Of a DNA stretch of 64,000 bases, positions 54,352 through 64,000 are shown piece after piece. Position numbers and translations under genes: made by a program. This stretch comes from Spirochaetia bacterium (lineage in GTDB: Bacteria; Spirochaetota; Spirochaetia; DSM-2461). The stretch spans positions 32,001 to 96,000 of the forward strand of contig OY764216.1 in assembly GCA_963668315.1 (NCBI GenBank). The letters are read 5' to 3'. The notes beneath the pieces were generated by a model. It saw only the letters and a program-made list of their open reading frames with translations, ran no database searches and was not told the DNA's origin. How positions within the stretch are numbered: the first letter of the stretch is position 1; each line of letters opens with the position of its first letter.

Positions 54352-55829
54352 TGAAGAAACGGTCAAAACAGATGATCATCGCCGGAGCGGCAGTAGCCGT
54401 TCTGGTGTGTATATTCTTCATTTCCAGCAATATGGAAGAGAAGAAGGCGCAAGAGGAGGAGGCCGCCAGAGAAGCGGAAAGGGAGGCGAATAAGGTAGAG
54501 ACGGAATACAGGAACTTCCTCCCTTTCCCTTCGGAAGAAGCGGTTCGCGTCGAAATGGACTTTCCCGGCCGGAAAGCCGTCTTTGAAAAGGACGGTGACA
54601 ACTGGACTCTGTCGGAACCGGTCTATGAAACAGTTCAGAGTGCCGTGAACACCGCCGCCCGGGGAGTTCTCGATGTCGGCTCGTCCACTGTGGTGGAAGA
54701 AAATGTAGCCGACTGGTCCGTGTACGGGATCGGCCCCGATTCGGGCAGAACCACGGTTACTTCGGCCGGCGGGGAATCGGTGACGGTGATACTAGGGAAC
54801 AAGACCCCGACGGGAAGCGGCTACTATGCCCGCACCGAAGGGGACAGCAGCGCCTATATGGTATTCGGCTACAGCGCCCGCAAGCTGATTCCCGATGTGG
54901 ATGCCCTGAGGGACAGAACGCTTCCCCAGGTAAATTCCCAGGCACTGACTTACGTGAAGGCGGAGGGAGAGAGAACTCTTGAAATGGTTCCCTACTCTCC
55001 CTTTGAGGAATTCTCCAGCAATTTCTCCTCCCTTATGCTTATCCAGCCCTATGAAGAGCCCTGCCCCGTCAGTATGGACAGGCTGGGACGTTTTATGGAA
55101 GCCATGGCCGCCACTCCTCTGGCGAAAAAGAGCTTTATCGATGACTATGCTTCCCTCGGGGAGCTGGGTCTGGACAAGGCCCATGCCCGCCGCCTCACCT
55201 ACCGGGATAAGGATAACAACTCCATAAGCCTGCTGATAGGCAGGGCCGCGTCCGATGAACTTTACGTAAACCCCTCAGAACAGGACGGCCGCTACAACGG
55301 CAACCTGGGACCCCGGGATGAATATTACGCTATGCTTGAAGGCGGAGAAGAGGTCTTTACCCTTTCCGGAGCCTGGGCCGGCATGGTGGAAGTAGACCCC
55401 TTCTCCCTGAGGGACGGATTCGTACGGCTCATCGCCATCGACGATATAGACTCCTTCTCTTTTGCCGTCAAAGGTCAGCTCTGGGCCGGCAGGATTGAAC
55501 GGGAGGGCGAAGGGGATGATGTCAAGGAAACCTATTTCTTTAACGATGCCCTTACCAGTGAAGATGACTTCAAGGATATCTACCAGGACATTCTCTATAT
55601 CATGTATGAAGGCGAAGCCGAGGCCGGATTCAAGCTGCCCAAAATCGCTCCGGAAGTGACCGTAAGATATATCGGCACAGAGGAGCACGGCGGCTCAACC
55701 CGGGCGGATTTTTATCCCTATGACGACCAGTACTATATTGTCAGCGTGGACGGAAAAGACGCCCTCTTTCTGGTGGGCCGTTACCAGATTAAGGATATTG
55801 TTAAAAACATATCCGCCAAAAACCTGTAA
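54351..55829 (+). CDS. DUF4340-like membrane-anchored protein
   Basis: N-terminal TM, repeated W..../YG or LGL/LG..TP...YY modules. Typical position after a GldG-like gene. Confidence 0.75.
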   Translation: MKKRSKQMIIAGAAVAVLVCIFFISSNMEEKKAQEEEAAREAEREANKVETEYRNFLPFPSEEAVRVEMDFPGRKAVFEKDGDNWTLSEPVYETVQSAVNTAARGVLDVGSSTVVEENVADWSVYGIGPDSGRTTVTSAGGESVTVILGNKTPTGSGYYARTEGDSSAYMVFGYSARKLIPDVDALRDRTLPQVNSQALTYVKAEGERTLEMVPYSPFEEFSSNFSSLMLIQPYEEPCPVSMDRLGRFMEAMAATPLAKKSFIDDYASLGELGLDKAHARRLTYRDKDNNSISLLIGRAASDELYVNPSEQDGRYNGNLGPRDEYYAMLEGGEEVFTLSGAWAGMVEVDPFSLRDGFVRLIAIDDIDSFSFAVKGQLWAGRIEREGEGDDVKETYFFNDALTSEDDFKDIYQDILYIMYEGEAEAGFKLPKIAPEVTVRYIGTEEHGGSTRADFYPYDDQYYIVSVDGKDALFLVGRYQIKDIVKNISAKNL

Positions 55830-55944
55830 AATGTCCAGAAATCCGTTCCCCCCCGGTAACGGATTCCCTGACAGCCCCAAAATTCACAATAAACAACAGC
55901 AGATGCCCTTTTCATATATGTAAACGGGCCTTATACTTATAGGT

Positions 55945-57156
55945 ATGATACGAGCAAATCCGGAAAAAGTAGGTTTCGACGGTTCCAAGCTCTCCCGCCT
56001 GGATACTCTCTTCCAGGGTATAGTGGGGGGCAATGATGAGAAAAAAGAGATCCCCGGTCTGGGACTGCGCATCATACGGCGGGGGACGATAGCCTTCGAC
56101 AACTGCTACGGCTTTGCCGACCAGGAAAAGCACATCCCCATGACCGAAGAAACCCTGGTCCGCATATTCTCCATGTCAAAACCCATTGTCGCCGCGGCGG
56201 CGCTCACTCTGTTCGAGAAGGGAGCGTTCTCCCTGGATGAACCGATTAAAAAATACATCCCCTCCTTCGCCTCCCCCCGGGTTTTCAGATCTCTTTCCGA
56301 TGACGGGGAAGAGTTCGTTCCCGCCGAATCGGATATTACCATAGAACAGCTTTTCACAATGACTTCGGGAATGTCCTACGGTTTCAACCCCGGGCAGGAT
56401 AAGGTCGACGCCTTCTACCAGAGGGAGTGGGAAAGGGAAGATATACGCTTCGAGCATATGTCCACAGAAAAGTACATTGATTTCCTGGCCCGGATGCCGC
56501 TGGCCTTCCAGCCGGGGACGGATTTCCGCTACAGCTGGTCGATAGATGTTCTGGGGCGGCTGATCGAAGTGATTTCGGGCAGAACTCTGGGCGATTTCCT
56601 TGAAAGTGAGATCTTTATTCCCCTGGGCATGAAGGATACCGGTTTTTATGCGTCTTCGGAACAGGCGACCCGTCTGGCGGGGCTCTACGATTACGGCGGG
56701 GAAAAACGGGTGCGTGCCGAGGAAACCTTTCCCATCCATCATCAGCCCCTTTTCGAATCGGGCGGCGGAGGCCTGCTCTCGACCCTGAACGATTATGCCC
56801 GCTTCTGTGAAATGCTCAGAAATCACGGTTCCTTCGAGGGAGCGGAGATCCTGAGCAGAAAAACCGTGGACCTCATGTCCTGCAACCATCTGGAGGGACA
56901 GGCACTGACGACCTGTTCCGGCGGGTATAAAAAGGGTTACGGTTACGGATTGGGGCTGCGCACCCTTATCAGTACGGCTAAGGCGTGTATCAACGGCACG
57001 CCCGGCGAATTCGGCTGGGACGGAGCGGCCAGCACATGGATGATGATCGATCCCCGGGAAGAGATGACCGTCCTCTTCATGGTCCAGTCCTTCCCCTTCG
57101 ATTATCACAGACTCCATAAGCGTTTCCAGCAGATAATATATTCCGCCCTCCGATGA
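55945..57156 (+). CDS. Serine hydrolase, beta-lactamase/esterase family
   Basis: FSMSK (SxxK), F.PG..FRYS, PLGMKDT, GGGGLLST, WDGAAST. Confidence 0.92.
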   Translation: MIRANPEKVGFDGSKLSRLDTLFQGIVGGNDEKKEIPGLGLRIIRRGTIAFDNCYGFADQEKHIPMTEETLVRIFSMSKPIVAAAALTLFEKGAFSLDEPIKKYIPSFASPRVFRSLSDDGEEFVPAESDITIEQLFTMTSGMSYGFNPGQDKVDAFYQREWEREDIRFEHMSTEKYIDFLARMPLAFQPGTDFRYSWSIDVLGRLIEVISGRTLGDFLESEIFIPLGMKDTGFYASSEQATRLAGLYDYGGEKRVRAEETFPIHHQPLFESGGGGLLSTLNDYARFCEMLRNHGSFEGAEILSRKTVDLMSCNHLEGQALTTCSGGYKKGYGYGLGLRTLISTAKACINGTPGEFGWDGAASTWMMIDPREEMTVLFMVQSFPFDYHRLHKRFQQIIYSALR

Positions 57157-57386
57157 AAGACAGCTGACAGGCTGATCCCGCTTCCTTAATCAGACTCTCT
57201 CCTCCCCATATGCCAGGACATGACTGTAACCCGCCTGGATGGCAAAAGAAAATAAATCTGTGATTTTTTTCCTATTCCGGGTGTTGACTTTTTTTTTGAG
57301 CAATGTTATCAATATTTATCGATACTTTAATATCGATTATATGTTATCGATATACTTTTATTACATAATTACCCAGGAGGCTTATC

Positions 57387-60002
57387 ATGGCTGCAAAGGA
57401 AAAGGTTACGAATCCCAAGGAACTGGAAGCACTCATTGCAAGAGTAGAAAAGGCACAGAAAGCCTATTCTTCATTCACCCAGAAACAGGTTGACGAAATA
57501 TTCCGCCAGGCAGCCATTGCTGCCAATGATGCCCGTATTGCACTGGCCAAAGAAGCCGCCGGAGAAACGGGCATGGGTATCGTCGAAGACAAGGTTATCA
57601 AGAATCACTTTGCCTCCGAATATATTTTCCATCAGTACAAGGATACTCAGACCTGCGGGATCATAGAGAGGGACACCACCTTCGGTACGATCAAGGTCGC
57701 CGAACCGATCGGGATCCTCTGCGGTATCATCCCCACGACCAATCCGACATCCACGGCCATATTCAAGGCCCTCATCTCCCTGAAGACGAGGAACGCCATC
57801 ATCTTCAGCCCCCACCCCCGTGCCAAGGGCTGTACGGTCAACGCCGCCCGCACCGTCCTGGAGGCGGCCGTGAAAGCGGGAGCCCCCGACGACATCATCG
57901 GCTGGATAGACGAGCCCTCCATAGAGATGACCAATCAGCTCATGACACACCCCAAAATCAATATGATACTGGCCACGGGAGGCCCCGGCATGGTCAAAGC
58001 GGCGTACTCCTCGGGCAAACCCGCTGTGGGAGTGGGAGCGGGAAACACTCCCGCCCTCCTGGATGAGACGGCCGATATCAAGATGGCGGTCAGCTCCATC
58101 CTCATGAGTAAAACCTTCGACAACGGCGTGATATGCGCTTCCGAGCAGTCCATGATCGTCCATAAGGATATCTATGATGACGTCAAGGAAGAGCTTACCC
58201 TGCGGGGCGCCTATATCCTGAATAAAACGGAAAAGAATAAAGTGGCCGATCTGATCCTCGATCCCAAAAGGGGCACGGTCAATCCCGCCATAGTCGGACA
58301 GCCCGCGGCCACCATCGCCGGACTGGCCGGGCTGAGCGTGAATCCCAAGACCAAAGTTCTTATCGGCGAGGTCAAGGACATTGATGGGAAGGAACCCTTC
58401 GCCCATGAAAAGCTCAGTCCCTGTCTGGCCCTTTACAAGTGCAAGGACTGGGAAGAGGGTATCGATATGGCCCGTCGCCTGGTGGAACTGGGCGGTATCG
58501 GCCATACTTCGGTTATCTATACCGATCCTATGAATCAGGAGAGAATCGACACCTTCGGCAACGTTCTGAAAACGGGAAGAATCCTTGTGAACATGCCCGC
58601 CAGCCACGGAGCCATCGGTGACCTCTACAACTTCAAACTGGCTCCTTCCCTGACACTGGGCTGCGGAAGCTGGGGAGGAAATTCGGTCAGCGAAAATGTG
58701 GGCGTCAAGCATCTGATCAATATCAAAACCGTGGCGGAAAGGAGAGAAAACATGCTCTGGTTTAAGGTCCCCCCCAAGATTTACCATAAATACGGCTGTC
58801 TGCCCGTGGCACTCCAGGATCTGAAGGGCAAGAAAAGGGCCTTCATCGTAACCGACTCCTATCTCTACGGAAACGGCTACGTGGACAGGATCACCACCGT
58901 TCTTGACGAGTTGGGCATCGATAACCAGTGCTTCCACCAGGTAAAGCCTGATCCCACCCTCTCCACTATCAATCAGGGACTGGAAATGGTCAATGCCTAT
59001 AAGCCGGATATCATCATCGGACTGGGCGGCGGTTCCCCCATGGATGCGGCCAAAATCATGTGGCTCCTCTATGAGAACCCGGACGTCAAGTTCGAAGGCC
59101 TGGCCCTGCGCTTCATGGATATTATGAAGAGGATTTACCGCTTCCCCGAGATGGGAAAGAAAGCCATGATGGTCGCCATTCCCACCACCAGCGGTACCGG
59201 ATCGGAGGTGACGCCCTTCAGTGTCGTCACCGATGATAAAACAGGTTTCAAATATCCGATTGCCGACTACGCCCTGACCCCCAATATGGCGATAATCGAT
59301 GCTGAGCTGGTTATGAACATGCCCAAGGGACTGACCGCCGCCAGCGGTATCGACGCGGTAACCCATGCCATTGAAGCCATCGCATCCGTTATGAGTACGG
59401 ACTACACCATGGGGATTGCCCTGGAATCGCTGAGAATCCTGTTCAAGTATCTCCCCGATGCCTATGCAGACGGCCCGAACAACAAGAAAGCCCGGGAGAA
59501 AGTACACAACGCGTCTGCCATGGCCGGTATGGCCTTTGCCAATGCGTTCCTGGGTGTCTGCCACTCCACCGCCCACAAGCTGGGAGCGGCTTTCCATATC
59601 CCCCACGGCGTGGCCAACGCCCTTTTGATCAATCAGGTTATCCGCTTTAACGCCAACGATACCCCGACCAAACAGGCGGCTTTCGCCCAGTACGAGTATC
59701 CCTCCGCTACCAGCCGGTACGTGCGCATAGCCGACTTCCTGGGGCTGGGAGGAAAAACGGATATGGATAAAGTCGATAATCTGGTGAAAGCCATCGACGA
59801 TCTGAAAGCCAAGCTGGATCTTCCCAAATCCATCAAGGATACGGGAGTGGATGAGAAAGCTTTCATGGATAGACTGGATTCCCTCTCCGAAGAGGCCTTT
59901 GACGACCAGTGTACCGGTGCCAATCCCCGCTATCCCCTGATCAGCGAGATCCGCCAGATCTACCTGAACGCCTACAACGGATTGGATACGGCCGTTAATT
60001 AA
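57387..60002 (+). CDS. adhE: Bifunctional acetaldehyde-CoA/alcohol dehydrogenase
   Basis: PTTNPTST, ICASEQ, TLGCGSWGGNS, GGGSPMDAAK, HKLG, DDQCTGANPRYP. Confidence 0.99.
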   Translation: MAAKEKVTNPKELEALIARVEKAQKAYSSFTQKQVDEIFRQAAIAANDARIALAKEAAGETGMGIVEDKVIKNHFASEYIFHQYKDTQTCGIIERDTTFGTIKVAEPIGILCGIIPTTNPTSTAIFKALISLKTRNAIIFSPHPRAKGCTVNAARTVLEAAVKAGAPDDIIGWIDEPSIEMTNQLMTHPKINMILATGGPGMVKAAYSSGKPAVGVGAGNTPALLDETADIKMAVSSILMSKTFDNGVICASEQSMIVHKDIYDDVKEELTLRGAYILNKTEKNKVADLILDPKRGTVNPAIVGQPAATIAGLAGLSVNPKTKVLIGEVKDIDGKEPFAHEKLSPCLALYKCKDWEEGIDMARRLVELGGIGHTSVIYTDPMNQERIDTFGNVLKTGRILVNMPASHGAIGDLYNFKLAPSLTLGCGSWGGNSVSENVGVKHLINIKTVAERRENMLWFKVPPKIYHKYGCLPVALQDLKGKKRAFIVTDSYLYGNGYVDRITTVLDELGIDNQCFHQVKPDPTLSTINQGLEMVNAYKPDIIIGLGGGSPMDAAKIMWLLYENPDVKFEGLALRFMDIMKRIYRFPEMGKKAMMVAIPTTSGTGSEVTPFSVVTDDKTGFKYPIADYALTPNMAIIDAELVMNMPKGLTAASGIDAVTHAIEAIASVMSTDYTMGIALESLRILFKYLPDAYADGPNNKKAREKVHNASAMAGMAFANAFLGVCHSTAHKLGAAFHIPHGVANALLINQVIRFNANDTPTKQAAFAQYEYPSATSRYVRIADFLGLGGKTDMDKVDNLVKAIDDLKAKLDLPKSIKDTGVDEKAFMDRLDSLSEEAFDDQCTGANPRYPLISEIRQIYLNAYNGLDTAVN

Positions 60003-60026
60003 ACATCATCCTCCCCAACCAAAACC

Positions 60027-60057
60027 AGGGACCGTTCCGCAGGGAGCGGTCCTTTTT
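60027..60057 (+). terminator. Intrinsic terminator of adhE
   Basis: GGACCGTTCC-GCAG-GGAGCGGTCC followed by TTTTT. Confidence 0.85.
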
Positions 60058-60131
60058 ATATACGGAGAAATGACTTGCCAGAAAGGTATCAAGGAGATAT
60101 CCTTAATACAGAATCTAACGGGAGAATCACT

Positions 60132-60479
60132 GTGAAAAAAGTACTGCTGCTGGCGTTTGAAGAGAAGGAGATGTGTTTTGTCCATGTTCTGGTCAACGCC
60201 CTCGATATGAATGAGAAAGGGTATGAGGTAAAAGTCATACTGGAAGGCGGGGCGACCCTTACGGCGGCCCGTCTTGGTGTAGAAGGACATAATTTCCATG
60301 ACCTCTACGAAAAAGTCAAAGGAAAAGGGCTGATAGACTGCGCCTGCAGGGCCTGTGCGATGAAAATGGACGCCTTCAGGGACCTGGAACAGCAGGGGAT
60401 TCCCTTCCGGGGAGACGCTATGGGCCACCCCTCTCTGGCCTCCTTCATGGACCTCGGCTACGAAATAATCACGTTCTAG
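60132..60479 (+). CDS. DsrE-like protein
   Basis: CFVHVLVNALD, ILEG.A, CACRACA, GHPS...GYEIITF. GTG start after GGAG. Confidence 0.8.
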   Translation: MKKVLLLAFEEKEMCFVHVLVNALDMNEKGYEVKVILEGGATLTAARLGVEGHNFHDLYEKVKGKGLIDCACRACAMKMDAFRDLEQQGIPFRGDAMGHPSLASFMDLGYEIITF

Positions 60480-60507
60480 CCCTGCCGGGATGAATCGGCC
60501 GTGTGTT

Positions 60508-62901
60508 CTATTCGCGGCCCAGTATCTGGCGGATCTTTCTTCCCAGCTCTTCCCTGTTAAACGGCTTGCCCAGGAAATTCAGATTCTCTTCCAGAATACC
60601 CTGCCGGGAGATAACATCTCCGGTATAACCCGATATGAAAAGGCATTTTACTTCGGGATGAGTCTCTCTTACCTTGAGAAAAACCTCTTTCCCGTTCATT
60701 TCCGGCATAATGACATCGGTTATCAGCAAGTCGATTTTCTTCTCCGAAGTACCCAGCTCTACAGCCTTTTCGGCCTGCTGGTGGGCAATCACCCGATACC
60801 CCATCTTCACCAGCTGTTTTTTAATAACCGCCAGCATCGCTTCTTCATCTTCTACAAGGAGTATCGTCCCGCTCCCGGTAAGAAAGGGCGAATCATTTGG
60901 CTCATCACCGCCATCGGTTATGACGATGCCGTCGGCAGCCCGGGGAAAGTAAAGCTTGAAAACACTTCCCCTGCCCGGTTCGCTCTCCACATGGACCCAT
61001 CCCTTGTGCTGCACCATGATTCCGTAGATCATGGCAAGGCCTAGGCCGGTTCCCTGCCCTCTTTTCTTGGTGGTATAGAAGGGCTCGAAAATATGCTCCA
61101 GGGTGCTGCTGTCCATCCCATGTCCCGTATCACCGACGCTCAGAACTATATACTCCCCCTTTTTGAACCCTTCATGATTCCGGCAGTCGTCCTCATCGAC
61201 GTGAACATTCTCCGTGGCGATGGTGATTTTTCCTATCCCTTCTATGGCATCCTTGGCGTTGACGCATAAATTGGCCAGTATCTGGTCTATCTGTACCGGA
61301 TCGGCATAGAGGGAGCCCAATCCCTCCCGGGGATTCCATTCCAGTTCCACATTCTCTCCGATCAGGCGGCGGAGCATCTTCAGGACGGAATCCACGGCCT
61401 GATTCAAATTAATAATTCTCGGGGAGATGGTCTGTTTCCTGGCAAAAGCCAGGAGCTGCCTGGTCAGTTTTTCCGAGCGTTCGGCGGCATTCTGAATCTC
61501 CCTGACATATTCGCGAAGGGGATCATCTTCCGGAAGTTCATCGAGCATAAGGTCCGACTCGCCCAGTATCACACCGATCATATTGTTGAAATCGTGGGCG
61601 ACACCCCCGGCCAGACGGCCAACCGACTCCATCTTCTGAGCCTGGACCAGCTGTTTCTGCAGACTGATCCTCTCCGTGATATCCCTCCCGATACCCAGGA
61701 CTCCGATGATTTTTCCCTTGCCGTCATACATGGGGGCTTTTATGGTCTCTATCTGAAGAGAGCTGTCCGGGGAGATCGTTTTATTGTCGGTCAGATAAAG
61801 AACCGAGCTTCCCCCGTCTATGACCTTTCTGTCCATATCAATAAACGAGCGGGCGATTCGGTCCGGAAAAAGATCGAAATCGGTTGATCCGACGATCTCC
61901 TCTGCCTTCCTCCGGGATATTTCGGCATACTTTGCATTGCAGGAGAGATAGACGCCTTCCACATTTTTAAGCCAGATGGCATCGGGAATGGTATTTATGA
62001 GGGTTTCCTGAAAAACCTCGCGGGTTTCCGCTTCTTCCCTGGCCCTCTTCAGAGCCATCTCATGCTCCTTCTGCCTTCGCATGATCCTGGCCATGGCAAT
62101 ACCGAAGATAAGGCAGAAAAAGAGAAACACCATACGCACAAAGAGATTCGAACCGGGAACATCGCGTACAAAATAATCAATGAAGGTTCTGCCCTCAGTT
62201 CCGGTCGCAGTGAAATAAAGAGAATCGAGGAGCCAGTATACACCGCCCATGGCCAGGGAAAAACTGACCAGATAGCCTGTTCTTCTCTGATCCACCAGCA
62301 ATTCCAGGCGGAAAAAGCGCCTGACAGGATTCAAATTAAGCAGAATATCGGCCAATACTAGAAGCGCCAGGGCAACGCTTGCCTGTTTTAAAACAATAAA
62401 GAGGGAAAACTCCATGGGTATGGACACAGCCGAATCGGCCCCCCAGGCCCGGGGCGGGGGATTACGGCTTACGGCGAAACGGGTTACCGTTAAAATGTTA
62501 AGGGAGTTCAGCAGGCGAAAGGGAATCTCCGTGAGAAAAAGATTCACCAGTCCCGGGGTGATACCTTTCCGCTTCCGCCGCTCATTCCAGAAGCCGTGCC
62601 AGAGAATCCACAGAGTGAAGGGAGGAACCACAAAGAAAACGGCATAGCCGTTGGATGGTCCCCAGAGCCACCACATGGTCTGGCAGCCGCCGAAAAGGGC
62701 CGAGATGAGACCGTACTTCCAGCCCCAGCTCAGGGTAATGAGAAGAGGAAGCAGCAGCCCGAAGAGAACGGCTACTGTATACTCGCCGAATTGAAATATT
62801 ATGGTATGGAAATTTACGAAAAAGGCGATGATCCCGAAGAGCAGGGAAATGATGATTTTATAAATGGCAAGACGCTTTTCCCGGACCAAATTATTCCTCA
62901 T
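60508..62901 (-). CDS. Hybrid sensor histidine kinase (multi-TM, PAS, HisKA, HATPase, REC)
   Basis: AHDFNN, GTGLGL, LLVEDE, LLITDVIMP, KPF. Confidence 0.96.
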   Translation of the reverse strand: MRNNLVREKRLAIYKIIISLLFGIIAFFVNFHTIIFQFGEYTVAVLFGLLLPLLITLSWGWKYGLISALFGGCQTMWWLWGPSNGYAVFFVVPPFTLWILWHGFWNERRKRKGITPGLVNLFLTEIPFRLLNSLNILTVTRFAVSRNPPPRAWGADSAVSIPMEFSLFIVLKQASVALALLVLADILLNLNPVRRFFRLELLVDQRRTGYLVSFSLAMGGVYWLLDSLYFTATGTEGRTFIDYFVRDVPGSNLFVRMVFLFFCLIFGIAMARIMRRQKEHEMALKRAREEAETREVFQETLINTIPDAIWLKNVEGVYLSCNAKYAEISRRKAEEIVGSTDFDLFPDRIARSFIDMDRKVIDGGSSVLYLTDNKTISPDSSLQIETIKAPMYDGKGKIIGVLGIGRDITERISLQKQLVQAQKMESVGRLAGGVAHDFNNMIGVILGESDLMLDELPEDDPLREYVREIQNAAERSEKLTRQLLAFARKQTISPRIINLNQAVDSVLKMLRRLIGENVELEWNPREGLGSLYADPVQIDQILANLCVNAKDAIEGIGKITIATENVHVDEDDCRNHEGFKKGEYIVLSVGDTGHGMDSSTLEHIFEPFYTTKKRGQGTGLGLAMIYGIMVQHKGWVHVESEPGRGSVFKLYFPRAADGIVITDGGDEPNDSPFLTGSGTILLVEDEEAMLAVIKKQLVKMGYRVIAHQQAEKAVELGTSEKKIDLLITDVIMPEMNGKEVFLKVRETHPEVKCLFISGYTGDVISRQGILEENLNFLGKPFNREELGRKIRQILGRE

Positions 62902-62975
62902 TTACATAGTATAAGTTTACACGTCAAGGGAGGAAATTACAAATTTACCGTTAATAAAAGAGTGGTCCCCGGCCC

Positions 62976-63542
62976 CTAGCCGGAAACAGGAGCATACCTG
63001 AAACACTCCGTCTCATGGTCATTCACCATGCCCACGGCCTGCATGTAGGCGTAAATAATCACCGGTCCCACAAAGGTCATCCCCCGGGTCTTCAAATCCT
63101 TTGAGATTTCACGGGACAGTTCAGTTTCGGCGGGGACGTCTGCGGAAGAGGTAAAGCGGTTAATCAGGGGGACTCCGTCGGTAAAATGCCAGAAATAGGC
63201 GTCAAAGCTCCCCCACTCCTGCTGAATATCCAGAAAAACCCGGGCATTATTAATGATGGCCCGAATCTTCAGCCTGTTTCTGATAATCCCGGGATTCTGC
63301 ATCAGGACGGAGATTTTCTCCTCATCGTAGGTGATAATTTTAGCGGCCTGAAAATTATCAAAGGCTTCCCGGTAACTCTCCCGCCTTCTGAGAATGGAAA
63401 GCCAGCTTAACCCGGCCTGCATTCCTTCCAGGCAGAGCATCTCGAAAAGATGCCGGTCGTCATGGACGGGAACACCCCACTCCTTGTCGTGATAGGCCGT
63501 GTATTCGGGAATATGGGCGGGACACCAGGCGCAGCGCTTCAT
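62976..63542 (-). CDS. tag: DNA-3-methyladenine glycosylase I
   Basis: RCAW, YHDKEWG, LEGMQAGLSW, IIRNRLKI, VNDH...C. Confidence 0.97.
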   Translation of the reverse strand: MKRCAWCPAHIPEYTAYHDKEWGVPVHDDRHLFEMLCLEGMQAGLSWLSILRRRESYREAFDNFQAAKIITYDEEKISVLMQNPGIIRNRLKIRAIINNARVFLDIQQEWGSFDAYFWHFTDGVPLINRFTSSADVPAETELSREISKDLKTRGMTFVGPVIIYAYMQAVGMVNDHETECFRYAPVSG

Positions 63543-63832
63543 CAGAAATGGTCCTTCGGATGACGGCTTGTCCTCCTTTGAAGACGGAGAGCCCTCTTTT
63601 TGAAATGGGTACGGGAATCTTCCATGGGGATGAATTCCCCTTTATACGTAAGGCCGCCGTCCACGGCTACCGCCTCAAAGGATTTATGGAGTTCCGTAAG
63701 GGAAACTTCCTCGGCCTGGCGGTTATAGAGGCGGGCGATTTTCCCATCCCCGTCCCTCTCTATCCAAAGCATTTCGTGAAAACGGGAGATACCGCTTACC
63801 GATTCAAGCCTATCCAGATCGACTTTACCCAC
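63542..63832 (-). CDS. Hypothetical protein
   Basis: 96-aa ORF whose stop overlaps the tag start (TGATG). Confidence 0.55.
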   Translation of the reverse strand: MGKVDLDRLESVSGISRFHEMLWIERDGDGKIARLYNRQAEEVSLTELHKSFEAVAVDGGLTYKGEFIPMEDSRTHFKKRALRLQRRTSRHPKDHF

Positions 63833-63841
63833 AGCCCCGCC

Positions 63842-64000
63842 CTACCTGTCGCCGAGGAAGTAGCCGGCCGCGATTCCCAGGGGAATGAAAATCAGGCTCA
63901 GGATTCCCGCTCCGCCGCCGGCCACTCCGGGCCACAGAGCAACAATGGAACCGAATACCAGACCGAAGATAACGCTGTAGGTTACTTTGGGGAATCGTTT
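63842..64000 (-). CDS. 3' end of a membrane protein, possibly DUF368
   Basis: My translation: KRFPKVTYSVIFGLVFGSIVALWPG...GIAAGYFLGDR*. Confidence 0.6.
   Translation of the reverse strand, partial: KRFPKVTYSVIFGLVFGSIVALWPGVAGGGAGILSLIFIPLGIAAGYFLGDR

Noticed and set aside
55945..57156. Antibiotic-resistance beta-lactamase
   Set aside because: There is no signal peptide and no KTG motif. It resembles cytoplasmic family VIII esterases.
57471..59606. 711-aa minus-strand ORF
   Set aside because: It is an antisense shadow of adhE. The same applies to the other long antisense ORFs, such as 22477-23766.

Overview
This is a gene-dense chromosomal window from a probably anaerobic, carbohydrate-fermenting bacterium. 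The MCP style, lipobox protein and three-domain NifU suggest a free-living spirochaete (inference). I saw no rRNA, tRNA, CRISPR array, transposase or phage gene. The standout is a minus-strand F1Fo ATP synthase operon (atpB-E-F-H-A-G-D-C, 8156->1308) that appears linked to the phosphotransferase system. The alpha subunit (725 aa) carries a ~215-aa C-terminal extension ending in a complete PTS EIIA (Ntr/Fru-type) domain with the putative phospho-acceptor motif AIPH intact (His640). Epsilon is only 86 aa and lacks the C-terminal inhibitory helices. The last gene before the terminator encodes a DNA-binding HTH-EIIA fusion. Together these suggest a candidate PTS-controlled ATP synthase. The rest of the window holds pectin/hexuronate genes (uxuA plus a GntR regulator that seems to start at a non-canonical codon, CE12, CE8, GH43, esterases) and signalling proteins (MCP, two histidine kinases, GGDEF/EAL, an atypical HD-GYP-like protein). 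It also holds acr3/arsR, a sigma54-promoter pspC gene, glmS, nifU, a GldA/F/G-like ABC system, adhE and tag. Many genes look leaderless. All calls come from reading motifs by eye; no database search was run.
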